DNA of 61,779 nt, the filler included, from Rhabdomonas costata (lineage: Eukaryota), in assembly GCA_019059605.1 (NCBI GenBank). It is 26 parts of 26 records of this genome, joined end to end, with 100 filler letters (N's around TTAATTAATTAA, not from the genome) between each part and the next. Parts side by side here need not be neighbours in the genome. Positions count along the whole stretch, not along the records: positions 1 to 2,283 come from JAHMHO010004305.1; positions 2,384 to 4,665 come from JAHMHO010004306.1; positions 4,766 to 7,047 come from JAHMHO010004307.1; positions 7,148 to 9,429 come from JAHMHO010004308.1; positions 9,530 to 11,811 come from JAHMHO010004309.1; 21 more parts are not named here. The stretch is one strand, 5' to 3'. The notes beneath the pieces are model-generated. The model did no database searches. It saw only the letters and a program-made list of their open reading frames with translations, and was not told where the DNA came from. Position numbers and translations under genes: made by a program. Below are positions 1 through 11,805 of the stretch, piece after piece (the first letter of the stretch is position 1; each line of letters opens with the position of its first letter).

Positions 1-19
1 AGGGGCACCGTCACCGGCC

Positions 20-117
20 GAGGGTGAAAGGTCGGGACTCTCCTGACCCCAAGGACCGGCCACGCAGCGTTTCGTGAGGCCTGCTGTATATACAAAAGAC
101 CCCAGGCCTGCTTCGGC
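20..117 (-). mobile_element. Short remnant of RLE-type non-LTR retrotransposon (shared repeat)
   Basis: AAGGACCGGCCAC.CAGCGTTTC..GAGGCC..TGTATATACAAAAGACCCCAGG.CCTGCTTCGG is shared with 55968-56042. The minus strand reads SRPG-, like the RPGD motif of the restriction-like endonuclease. Confidence 0.55.
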
Positions 118-274
118 TTGCCCTCTCTAAGGCATCCTTCAGTGTCAGATACTTTCTTTTTTCGTCATTTTTTCTTTCAACAAACACATCTCTTTTCTGC
201 CGTCTCTGTCCCCTTCACCTGCTGCAGGTTTCGGTTTCCAACCAAACTGCGATTTCCTTCTGCTCCCATCTCAG

Positions 275-619
275 GTGATGCTCGTGATCTTTGCCACCTT
301 GCTGCAGCTGTGTCTCGGCATTGTTATCTTCGTTGGCGGGGTATTTATCACCATCGCCCGCTTTGTGTTTCTTCCCCCCTTGTGCGTTCTGCTGCTGGGG
401 CTTGGGGTGATGCTCGTGCTGGTCTTTGGGCTTGCCGGGATACTCTACGGCTCGCCCTTCTTGGGAACTCTGATCAAGGCTGTCACGGCGATTGCCACCT
501 GTGGGATAGTGCGGACGAACTTTGACAAGTGGGGGCTCTCGGCGATGTGGGAGTACGCCGTGGAGTTTTCGGACGTTCCCATTGAAATGATCCGCAGCAT
601 GGTCCTTACCCTGTGGGAG
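275..619 (+). CDS. Exon of a multi-pass membrane protein of unknown function
   Basis: CAG acceptor at 272-274 and GT donor at 620 bracket a 115-codon open frame with long hydrophobic segments. Confidence 0.5.
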
Positions 620-2283
620 GTCCGCACCTTGCCGCCCTGTCTCTCTTCCCTCTGCTGCAAATGATTCACACAGCTTGTTTTTCAATTCCTGCGAGGCCTG
701 GGGCATCATTTGGGGGATGGGATAAACTGACGACGCTGTGTTTTGCAGCCAATTTTGCCAGAACCTTTTTTTCTGTGCCAGAAGTTGGTTTTAGTTTTAA
801 GAATCTTGTCCACATGTATCTGCAATTCTAGCCTTTGGTTGCAGACCACTTTGCGGAATCGCCAGGGCCACACGCCTTCTCCTTTTGTGGTTATTACATG
901 TGACAACACACCTCGTGGAAGTTATTAGGGGCAGGAAAGAGAACAAAGTAATTGGATTGGAGATCGAAATGGCGTGTGATTCCAAACATCGAGTGCTTCC
1001 ATTGCAACATTTTCCTCCTCCAATCTCGAAGCCACCAGCGCTCATAAAAATTGTTTGCCAAGAATTCACTCACCGCACAGTGCAAGAAAGTGCTGTTACG
1101 AGCAGCGGTCCCACACCGTCCCCATTGACAACAGTTGGCTGGAGTAAGGACACTGACGGCAAAAATATTGCAACCCACGGCAACAGTAAAGGAAAGGCTC
1201 GGTAGCGATTTCGAATCGCTGGGAAACTTTCTCGTACCTTGTTTTACTGACATATGCGGTTGTTAACTGTGATGACGCTCCTGTTGGGTTGGGCCTTTGT
1301 GTTCAGCGGGTGCTGGACATTCTGCCTGGTCCATGTTCACAAGTTTAAAGGAGATCATCCTCTTTGTGAGAGGCGAAATGGTAACGATGGCAGCAACTGA
1401 TTCAGCGTTTGCACTGTTGTGTTCAGGTTGTCACTGGAACCCCGGAGTTTTTCGTCACTACCATGAAGCAGGCTGGCGAGACTTTCTCCACCGCGTTTAC
1501 CTCGGAGGTTTTTGGAGCGCAAGTATGGCGGTGTGGGTGGTCGATGACCTCCGGCCTGAACGAGGGTCTGACCGCAGTGGCGAAGGCCATTCGGGGGTGC
1601 CTGCAGCGGGTCTGGAATCCACTTCTGGACCGTGAGGACGGCGGAGTGTGGGTGATTGAGGAGCACAACACAAGCTACAGCCGGTGCATCAGCGTGGACC
1701 AGAAGTGTGCTGGGAGAGAGGAAAGGAGGCTACAAGGATTCCTCTGCGTTTGTTTGTGTGTTTGACGAAATTACTTGGTAGCCTCGAGGCACTCATTCAT
1801 CTTCAGTGACCCTCGGGAGCGGAGGGTAAAGAAAAGCCTTTGAGGATGTCTCTCTCGCTGCTTGTTTGTCACGTCAAAATAAAACCCCGGAAGATCAGTC
1901 GCAACTGGGGGCAGTCGCAACTGGGGGCAGTCGATGACCTCCGGTCTGAGCGAGGACCTGACAGTGAGCGCAAATTGGCGGCATTGGGCTATAGCACTGA
2001 ACAAGCGGGAGACTTGCGGAAAACATGAACCTATTGTGTTTCATCTTTTCCACGCCAACGTTTGTTTGGCAAAACGTGCGAAAAATCAACTTGGGTTCTT
2101 TTGGACGTTTCGAAATCCTCGAGGATGGCGTTGTTCTCATCCTCCTGATGCAATCACTGCAATCTGCAGGTACCTGGTGCGTGAGGACCCGGCGGGCCCC
2201 TTGCTCTCCACGCCTCTCCTGCTGGTTAACCCCGGCGGAACCATGCAACTGATGCGCCCCATGCAGCCCACCTCTCTTCCACG

Positions 2284-2383
2284 NNNNNNNNNNNNNNNNN
2301 NNNNNNNNNNNNNNNNNNNNNNNNNNNTTAATTAATTAANNNNNNNNNNNNNNNNNNNNNNNNNNNNNNNNNNNNNNNNNNNN
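2284..2383. other. Artificial contig-joining spacer (first of 25): N44-TTAATTAATTAA-N44
   Basis: The identical 100-nt block recurs about every 2.38 kb; TTAATTAATTAA has stops in all six frames. It splits the window into 26 independent contigs. Confidence 0.99.
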
Positions 2384-2589
2384 TGTTTTGTTGTCTTTGT
2401 TTGTTGCGCACCTTCTTGCCTTCCAACTCACGTCCCAGATTCTGTGCGTGGTGCCGTTTCTATTCTATTTCTATTTCACAGAACGCAAATCATCTGTGTG
2501 AACGTGCGCCTGCTTTTCAGCGGAGTGACGGAAGACTGATTCCATGATTCCAGGTGGGGGTTGTTTGCTGGGGTCGCACAAGGACACAC

Positions 2590-3923
2590 CACAGCCGCTC
2601 CATGTCCTTCCAGCTGATAACCTCCCCGTCCCGCACGGGAACAGACACGGAGAGGCACCCACGCTTCTCCTGCGCCAGGTCCCCGACGTAGAACTCCTGA
2701 GCATACGGAGGGTGAGCAGATGCCATCCGGTACGCTGGAGAGATGTCGGGATGAGGGGGGGGGGGAAAACTCATACAATGCATGTGCTAGATAGTTTTCA
2801 TTGCTTTTCATTGCAGGGTGTGACCCCGAATGTTGAAGCACCAAACCCGTTCCGATTGCATTTAATTTTCCTTATACTGATGAGGTAAGGGGATTTTCGT
2901 CAGAAAATTAGATGGGGGTTGCCCTGCTTCAACCTACTTACTACTACCCCTACCGTTCCACAAAAAAACTGCTGGACGTCACGTTCACCCAACCCGGATA
3001 TGTCGCCAAGGTGCAAAAGTGTTGTCCATGTCACCTCCAAAGTCACAGCCGAAAAATAGGCACTTAAAATGAGACTTACAAACTAAAAAGGGGTGGTGAA
3101 AAAACTGGATATTTCCTGCCTCTCTGACTGAACCAGAAATGGACCAGGGAAAGGGTGCTGGGAAAAAATGGAAACCTTTTGCGGTTTGGCGGCATGATAT
3201 CAACCCCTTCCATACACACACAGACGCAAACATAGAGTGCCGCAGGATATTAGGGACATCGGAGAGCGCGTGTGGACGTAGGAGGCGTTCTGATAACTTG
3301 AAACAAAAGTACGTTACAAAGTAAACTCAGAACTGCACCCCAACACATGACTGGGTTTAAACTGGGCCTTACGTGGCCTTCTCAGGATACAGCTGGTGGC
3401 ACAATCCACAATTCGCTTCAAAAATGAACACAACCACGGAATCACCCGAAAAAATCGCCTTCGGCACACTCGTCTCTTCGAAGTTCCCCGCGTCTAACTG
3501 TTTCTAGGCCCAGCACCAAGAAAACTTTCTGCGTTCACCACTCAACACGTCCCCAGAGAACGGCATTTCTATAGGCTAAAAAGACTGACGAATGGAATAC
3601 CATTTTCTGAGTTTCCGGGTGTCATTTACCTCACATCATCATCAAACCACTGCATTTCATGACATCAAGCTTCCAGGTGGAATAATTAGCACATTCGGTT
3701 GACCCCATTCCCTCTCTGGGGTGGGTAGCGTCTGGACCCTGTCTCCGGTTGCCATCACCACGCCCATGTTGCGGGGCTCCCCGACGACGCACGGGAACAC
3801 CGCCCGCGGGGCGTGGTCTCCGGCGTACCCCGCCTTCACCATGTGCCCCCCGTTGTCGATCACCACCACGCGGGCGGAGCCCCCCGCCCCCACGGCAGGA
3901 GACAGAGGACTGGCCATGGCCAT
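2590..3923 (-). CDS. Divergent actin / actin-related protein, 5' part (exons 3923-3738, 2696-2590)
   Basis: Spliced translation [33 protein letters not shown]...[38 protein letters not shown] follows the actin N-terminus across a GT-AG intron. DNGSG>DNGGH suggests an Arp rather than conventional actin. Confidence 0.9.
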
Positions 3924-5339
3924 CCCTCAGAATTTGATACTCGAGCTGGGGGACGGAGCCGAAGTTGGGAGAAAAGAAGAACGCAAAAGCGGGAGCTGAG
4001 AAGGACAACACCTTTGCCTTTCGTTGCTCATTTCCCCCACACAAATACCGTTTCATACCACTGCGTGAAGTGCAGTACAGTGTTATGGTTGGGAAGGAAG
4101 GATTGCATCTATGGAGGATTTTGGCACTAGGAGCCTTCAACCATCCCAGTCCATCAGATAATAATGGAGATGCAAGAAATGGAAATCTGAGGCGGGCCAG
4201 AAGCTAGTGGCTAAGGAGCAAGGACTGCAATGCACGCTTAGGTGCCTGGTCCGTGCCTGGTCCTGGAAATGGCTCTTATGAGCTCGGACAAAATACAGGC
4301 AAGGGGTTGTGACACCTTCAACACAGCAGAGCTAGAACGAAAAGAAAAATCCTGCCTTTTCCCAAAATTCGCGGTGCAAGACGCGGAGGGACCCAGCATG
4401 TTCTCGCCACGGGTCACGGTGTTGGGAAGAGCAACACACCAACCTTTCTGGGGGTTCTCTCCCTCGACGCTCAGGCACACAAAACAAGAAAGGGATTTGC
4501 GCCTCTACCCTACAAAAGACTATACAAGTAACTTAAAACAAGCGATTGATGCACTGGGTGCAAAGGACAATTCTGGATGTCTCGTCAAGCGGCACGCGGC
4601 CCCGCTTGGGGTCAGTAATTGGGGGCGATGTAGGGGTTGATCGGAGGCGGGCGGTACCCAACCACNNNNNNNNNNNNNNNNNNNNNNNNNNNNNNNNNNN
4701 NNNNNNNNNTTAATTAATTAANNNNNNNNNNNNNNNNNNNNNNNNNNNNNNNNNNNNNNNNNNNNGGTTTTGGTGAAACTTTAATATAAAGAACTCCTAC
4801 AAATATAGTTGTGGTAGCTTTACGGTTTTCTAGCAAGTGTACACGTGCATCCATATGCGTGCGTGTAATTCCGTGAGAGTATGCTGGTGCATGTAATTAT
4901 AATGAGTCAGACTGCGATGCAAAGACGTCTGGAGTAGAATCTTGTGCTATGAACCGGGAAGTTTCCAGCGATAGGCCTCAAAAAAAGGTAGATATGCAAC
5001 AGTGTGAAGTGCATTTTGATCCGAAGCGAGACTTTTTTTTGGAAGCGAGAAGTGGACTGTCCGTCGCGAAAAGTGACAACCCAAATGTGCACATTAAATG
5101 AGACATTTTCGGAAGCTAAAAAGGAGTGGTGCATAAAACTGGTCCCACTGTGGAGGTGCTTTTGCTTCTTGTCGGCCTGTTCTTTGTGTACAGGGGCCTC
5201 AAACGCGGGGCATATTACTGTCGGAAAGTGCGGGCAACACCACTTCGGGTGACCCGCACCAGTGTAGACACTCATCACACTTGCGGCGTCTCGTGAGGAA
5301 GAAAACAGAGGGGGAAAGAGTTTGGGAATTTGGGCAATT

Positions 5340-5658
5340 GTCACGATACTGCACCCCCCCCCTCAGGCGAAGTGAAACGGCAGCTCCCCTCCGGCGAGAA
5401 GTGATGACACTACATGTGCACGTGTATCGCCACCTAACCTGAAGAAAGTTGCTGGGGGGCTCCGCCCCCAGACCCCTCGCACGTGCTTCGCCTTCCAGCC
5501 TAGGCATCGCCACCTACCTCCCTGCCTTTGCATTACCTTTTTCATTTTTAGCGTGCACCGCAATCTGGCGATGGAGGGAGGTGCAATATCTTTACTTCTG
5601 CACAAAGGGGGGGGGTGCAGTATTGTGACTCCTGGGGGAGTGGGAGCAGTATCGTGAC
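5340..5658. mobile_element. MITE-like element with terminal inverted repeats, inside the intron 3' of the last visible phzE-like exon
   Basis: GTCACGATACTGCACCCCCCCC (5340-5361) is inverted at 5607-5629 (1 mismatch), with a second partial inverted copy at 5646-5658. The interior is non-coding and contains GGGGGCTCCGCCCCC. Confidence 0.5.
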
Positions 5659-5743
5659 GAGAACCGAGTTTTCTCTTTGCACCCTCGACAACGTGAAGCA
5701 TCCTTGCGCTTTTGATGGAGGGAGGGAGGGAGCAGAGGCCCAC

Positions 5744-7008
5744 CCGTGACAGTGGGCGCAAACATAGAGTTCCGGAACAGGTCGATGACATCTGCACCGT
5801 CGTGAAAGCCGCTGAGGAGGTACTCCGTGTGCACCAGGGCGCCCATTTCCTTCACCAAAGGCCCCAGCACACTATTGTTTTGTTTTCGTTTTTTTTTGGT
5901 TCAGGTGTCAAAGGCTCTGGGTTTTCTGAGTGGACCAGAAAACCCACGCTTGATCTGCAGGAGCAAAGCAAAGGGTTGCCGCACATAAGTTGATGGGTGT
6001 TCGTCGGAAACTCACACAGCAGCAAATAGTATGCCGACGACGGTCAGTTCTTTTTCCAAGCAGCGATGCCCTTCAGTTCTCTTCTGCCCGTCAGCTCTGC
6101 CAGAATACTGGCATATACACATACCGACAGCTAAAGCAAAACAACAGTTCCCTGAAGAATGCGTGTTCGCCGCTTGGGCGCGTGAATGTGTGCATGCACG
6201 TGCATGTGCGCGTGCGTGCGCGTGCGTTGGCACCATTGTGCGCGGTTGCGGGGAAGGGGCCGGCCGCAGTGCACGTGTTGGGTGAGCCACCCATAGATGA
6301 ACTTTCCCCTTTCGCGTCGATGCATGGGACAGTTGTTTGACTGGCTACGTGAACTGAAGCCGATGCCCCGATGCCCTGGATGGAAGGTGGGTTTCTTTTC
6401 GTGCGCCATATACCTTCGCACTAGTCAGAGACAGAGTTTCCGTCTTTTGTTGTTCCCCTTCTTGGAGAGACTAAAAATTGGGATAATGGCCATGAAAGGG
6501 AAAAGGGAAAAGCAAGGCGGCGCTGGGAGCGGCGAGAAGGGGAGGGAGCGAGGAAGGAGGGCTGGGCCTCGTACTCTCCGCCTGTGCTGCACATCGCAGC
6601 CATCATCTTCAGCTCCTCGTCGGCGACCATCCACAACTCGTCGATCTCCTTCTCGTCCCTCAGGAAGGCCAGTAGGGCGGCCTTGGCCTCCGCCCTAGCG
6701 CGATGCACCCCACCCCCTTCGCATGCGTCCCAGCCATGCACAACCACGAAACCGCTGAAGGGCAGCTTGACAACAAACCAACTGACAAGCAACAAAGTAG
6801 AAGACATGATAGGCCACCTACACTGAGTGGGGGAGAGGGGGCACAGATTTATTGGCAACACAGTGGCAGCAAAAGCAAAAGCTCATCACATCAAAGGAAA
6901 AGGAAGAAGAGCGCGCTCTCCTCTCCTGAAATAGCATTTTCGCAGACCTACACTTACTTTCCATTGCCGCTGATTGAGTTGGTGGAGGACGCGGGCGCGA
7001 GCCCAGTC
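5744..7008 (-). CDS. phzE: PhzE/TrpE(G)-type anthranilate/ADIC synthase, internal exons (7008-6958, 6694-6575, 5871-5744)
   Basis: Spliced translation ...KAALLAFLRDEKEIDELWMVADEELKMMAAMCSTGG|DVLGPLVKEMGALVHTEYLLSGFHDGADVIDLFRNSMFAPTVTG carries the PhzE-family signatures KE.DEL.MV.DEELKMM, GP.LKEM..L.HTEY and FAPTVTG. Both GT-AG introns are phase-compatible. Confidence 0.9.
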
Positions 7009-7247
7009 CTGACACGGTGAAAGGGTGTGGGGCGGGGCACAACAACCNNNNNNNNNNNNNNNNNNNNNNNNNNNNNNNNNNNNNNNNNNNNTTAATTAAT
7101 TAANNNNNNNNNNNNNNNNNNNNNNNNNNNNNNNNNNNNNNNNNNNNTAGGGCTGAGGTCGCCTTCCTCTTTTCTTTTTGCCGGATTTTCGCTTGGGGAC
7201 AAGGGGGACAAGGGGACAAAGCGGAGCGGGAAGAGCAACGCAAGCAC

Positions 7248-9065
7248 CTTTCGGTAGATTTCCGTCTCCAGGGTGTACATGTGCACCGCGGCCACCTTGC
7301 CCTCGTCCAAGCCCTCCAGCTCCTCCTGCCCGCTCCGAAGGACCTCCGCGGCGAAGGCCCTGACCTGCCGGCGCACACTCTCCCCAGTAGGATGCACTAG
7401 AGCACAGCCCAGCGCCCGCAGCCACTCCAGGAAGGCCGCCTTCTCCTCCTTCTCCGCTGCCGCCTTTGCCTCCGCTCCGGATGTCTCTCTCTGCTGCGGA
7501 GTGGTGGACGCGTAGTCCACAGCGAAGTCAGCAGAGACCTGGCCCTCTGCTGCCTGGGAGTCCCTGTCTGTCCCTATTTGCTGGCCGGCACCACAGGCTT
7601 TGGCCCGCGGGCCGTGCACCTGCTGGAAGTGCCTCCACAGACTGAAGGAGCGCTTCCCCAGGAGAGTAGGGCTGCCCGGGGGCAGCGCAGAACCGCCCTG
7701 AGGCTCCAACTCGGCTTCCCCCGGAGTGGTGGTGTCGATGTCGGGGGAGTGACAGATGGAGCAGGCGGAGTCCAGGCACCGCTGAGGGTGCTCCAGGATG
7801 TCTTCCGTGCAGTGCATCGCCAGGTCACTTTTTTGACGAAAAAGAGCAAATAATGGCAGTGACACCCTCAAGAAAGAAACGCGTCACTGTTCTTTTCTTC
7901 TTTTCTTTTTGAATACTTCACTCGAGAAGTGCTCCGTTGCAAATTCCGTGATAGCATGTGTCATACCGTGAAAAATGAATACCGTGAAAAAACCCTCGAA
8001 CTTCCCCTAACGCGAAAACACGGGACACGCAGGGACACGCAAACCCAATCGAAAGTGCACGGTTAGATCATTTTTCAGGTACCAAGCCAAGTTGAGCGGC
8101 TGCCAGGACGAAACGCAAATTTTCAGGGAGTCGCTGGAAGCCCGGAGAGCCGTCCGGATTCGGCACAGGGACGAGATGGAGAAGAAATGGAAATCATGGA
8201 GCAACGGTTAGGTCTTCGTCGCGGTCTAGTCCGCGGTAGACGTGGAAAAGCTTATGTGCCCAGCGTCACCATGTTTCTCTACACATGGGTGCATGGTCGC
8301 GCATTCCTGGTAAAACATAGATGGTAAAATACAGTAGTTCGTCTTATGGAGCTCTCAGGTTGACATGCGCCATGCGCAAACGAAAAAGCTTTTGGACTTG
8401 TCACCTTAAAGGAGAGGAAGTAAGGCGACATTTTAGAGGGGAAGGAGGGTGCACTTGGTGATTCGGTCGCAGAAAGGGCAGTGGAAGTGCTCCGAGGTGT
8501 CCGTCAGTGCCAGCTCGCACAGCACCTCCTCCATGGTCTGCTCGGGGATGTCCGTGCTCTCCAGCGGGGCTTTGTTCTGCTTCTCGTTCACACCCTCGCC
8601 GAACTTCTCCGTGTTCGAAAGCACCGCCTTGGCGGGCCGGGCCTTCTCCAGCTCCGCGGCCAACCGAAGCCGATCTGCCCGCAGCCTTGCGATCTGAGAA
8701 GATGCCATATATTCAGACACTCTAACCAAAAGAACGGTCAGGGGAGCTACGGAACAACAACCGCCCAGTCTGTGTCCCCACCCTCCCTTATTTTGACTTT
8801 ACTAATTTCCTTTTTACAAACAACAACAAACGACAACGTCCAGTGCCCAAACCCCACAACGCCCTGCAGCACAAGTGCGACAGAAAGAATGACACAAATG
8901 AGAGAGGAGGTGACAATTGGAAAAGAACAACACGAAACATGTGCTCAGACCTCCATCAACTTCTCCCATTCGTCCAGCTGCGATTGCAGAAGATGCTCCC
9001 GTGGAGTCACCTCAACCGTGGTGAAGTACCGGGAAAGCGCGGTGACAAACCGTGGCGGAAGAACC
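7248..9065 (-). CDS. Multi-exon protein with a Cys/His cluster and the probable start of a mono-ADP-ribosyltransferase domain
   Basis: GC-rich exons at about 9065-8952, 8725-8454 and 7830-7248. HFHCPFC..CLDSACSICH cluster; the last exon ends AAVHMYTLETEIYRK|GT, resembling the A.x.YT.E..Y..LN..LR helix of ART domains. Confidence 0.5.
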
Positions 9066-9985
9066 TGAGAGACCACAGCCACCTATAACGACAAACTAAA
9101 CTCTTATCTCTGCCCTCAATCCCAAGGGGAAACCGACGAAAACACTCGCGAATCATCGCCTCGCCTCGCAGGGAAAGTAGCCAGGGCATTCCTGCCCATA
9201 ATTTGGGGAGCTCAAACCCTAAGTTCTCTTCAGGGATTCGCCTCTATGCATTATTGAAGAAACAGGAAGGGATGGCCACGGTTCGTATGAAAGAGGGTAT
9301 CAACTTCAACCTCAACCTCAACATCAACCGGTGGTCCACTATCCAAGCACGTTGACGATGCCAAGGCAATGACTTCCACGTCACCCTGGACTCCCGGACA
9401 ATTGAAAAAGCGATGACAAAACACCCACANNNNNNNNNNNNNNNNNNNNNNNNNNNNNNNNNNNNNNNNNNNNTTAATTAATTAANNNNNNNNNNNNNNN
9501 NNNNNNNNNNNNNNNNNNNNNNNNNNNNNTCGTGATCCACGCGGAGCACGTAAAAACCACGAAGACAAGACTGGCGCCACAGCTCAGCAGAAAGTTGAAG
9601 GAGTACAAAGCGCTGCGAGGAGCAAAAGAGGTATACGAAGGATCCATCCCACCGTCCGATCGGAAAAATGCAGAATACGCCAACCCCTCACCCATCGTCT
9701 CTCCACAGTCGAGTGCAAAGCAACACTTAAAAAACGTGGGATATCAAAGACCTACACATCGCAATCAGGATGAGAAAACTCTCTTGAAAGTAGTGCCTCT
9801 TCATTAGTTTCTGTCCTTTTCACGGCACGGTGGGTCATTTGTGACAATTAAATACACACCCCTCGGACACATAAAGGAATCTCGGATCTCAATCCATTTC
9901 AGAGGAGCAGAAATACATAACAAAAATCAATAGATGCTGCAAAAAATACAGACATCACAAACATTCCAAAACTCCCAAAGCACAC

Positions 9986-11805
9986 CGCAGGGTACTGGCC
10001 GTGTTGGGTAGGCAGAAGGCATAAGTGCTGCTGCCGTTTCCAGCCAGAGTGACGTTGGTCGGCTTCGATGCGGGGCTCCACGCGCCCCACTCCACGGTGC
10101 TGGGCCGCAAGGCCTCGCTGTAGTCACACCAAAAAGGCGCAAAGTACTCCACGAAGTTCACCTGAGACAGAGGGAGACCAAGAACCTTCTGGGGAGGAAG
10201 AAAAGGAGGGGGCGAATGTGTACCAGAAGGAACAAAGCTTTTTGAACGAAGCCAGGTCTCACTTTTTTCTGATCTCTTGGAATTTCCTCTGCCCATCACT
10301 GTGGTGGTGAGTCCACTAAGGAACTCATTTTTCTTTGTCACTGGCTCTGAGCCGGCAGCCATGAGAAAGAGAAAGAGAGAGAGAGAGAGAGAGCGGTCCT
10401 GCTCCGGCCGAGGCCACACTGGAACCTCCCGTACTTACCGGGAGTCTCAAAATTCGGAGCTGAGAGAACTCTGCACAACAACAATCCAAGCCGCAGCCTT
10501 GCGGTGGGGGGTGGGGGCTCCCCCAGAGAAAGCCCCATCGTGGAGGAGTAAAGGACCGTAACCAAATATCTCTTTGGAAGGGGGATTCAGGTTGCAGCTT
10601 TTTCAACAGTGGACTCAATTTATAAATTATGTGCAGGACGTATGAGTTCAATGTGTTCAAAAACCTGCACAAAAAGGAGCAAAACACAACACAACACAAC
10701 ACAACACAACACAACACAACACAACACAACACAACACAACACAACACAACACAACACAGCACAACACACACGCAAAGGGTCCCCTGCTATTTATGTACAA
10801 CGCAACAATAGCCCCTATTCAAGACCATAGTAGAATAAAACAGCTGGGCCCATTGGCTCTGACAGCGCACATGGCGGCTGGGGAACAGCGACACGGAGAA
10901 AAAACAGAGCAGGACCATTAACAACGAGTCTGCAGCCGATTTCGATTGACACGATTACCATGAAAACAAAACAGAATCAGCGAAAGCAGCATCGCAACGG
11001 ACCTCGTGTCGTACAAAAACACTCCCCATTGGTCCAGCTTGTTTGCTTCCCTTCGTATACACAACGGCGGATGGAATGGGGTGACGAAAAAAGAGCAGAG
11101 GAAAGGCTTCTTAAATGGCGTCTTTTCACCTTTTCAATCGTAATCTAATCAATCATGTTTCAATCATAATTGATGAAATTCAAACATGAACGCATCATTC
11201 GGGGGGATCTCGCCCGCAGAGGCGGGCGTGTGCTTGCAAAAAAAGAGGAAGAAAAGTGCCATTACGGAAGAATAAGTGCAGAGCAGGCGCAGCAGCATCC
11301 ACAGCAGCGGGGTGCCTTTCGGGCCTTTGCCCGCCTCAAGGGGCCTACAGGCCCCCATTTTGCGAAAAGAAGATCACAACTACAACACCAGCCGTCACCT
11401 CATCAGCACGCCATTAGCATCCATTGGGTGGGCCATCCTGCTGCTGATGCTGATGAAATGAGTGCTCGAGCTGTTCACGCTCCTTTCGGGCGTACAGGCC
11501 CACTCGTGCCTGCTCTAGCGTAGGTGTGGATCTGCTCTACCCGCCCTCCCCCTCCACCATGAACGGCATCCGGAAGAACAAAAACGACAACGCAAAGAAG
11601 TAGAAGAGCCATTACGGAAGAAGAAGCACACCGTGCCGAAGACAAGAACGCAACCCACGGTGATCACAAGGGCCCCCGTGAGCAGGGCAAGAAGAAGCAC
11701 CCCGCGCCGGGCCTGCTTCCATCCAGGAAGCGAGCGGAGCTCCGTGAAGCTAGAGGTGATCCGGCTGCGCGTCGCCGAGACTACCTCCGTGGGAAACCGC
11801 TCCAC
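9986..11805 (-). CDS. Exons of a probable type II membrane / surface protein of unknown function
   Basis: TM segment GVLLLALLTGALVITVGCVLVFG (about 11700-11635) and an AG/GT-bounded exon at about 10161-9986 (VNFVEYFAPFWCDY...). Confidence 0.35.
10684..10768. repeat. (ACAAC)n pentanucleotide microsatellite
   Basis: Directly visible tandem array of about 16 units. There is also a (GA)n tract at about 10363-10393. Confidence 0.95.

Noticed and set aside
10325-10830. ORFs with CCVVL / HNTTQ repeats
   Set aside because: Translations of the (ACAAC)n microsatellite.
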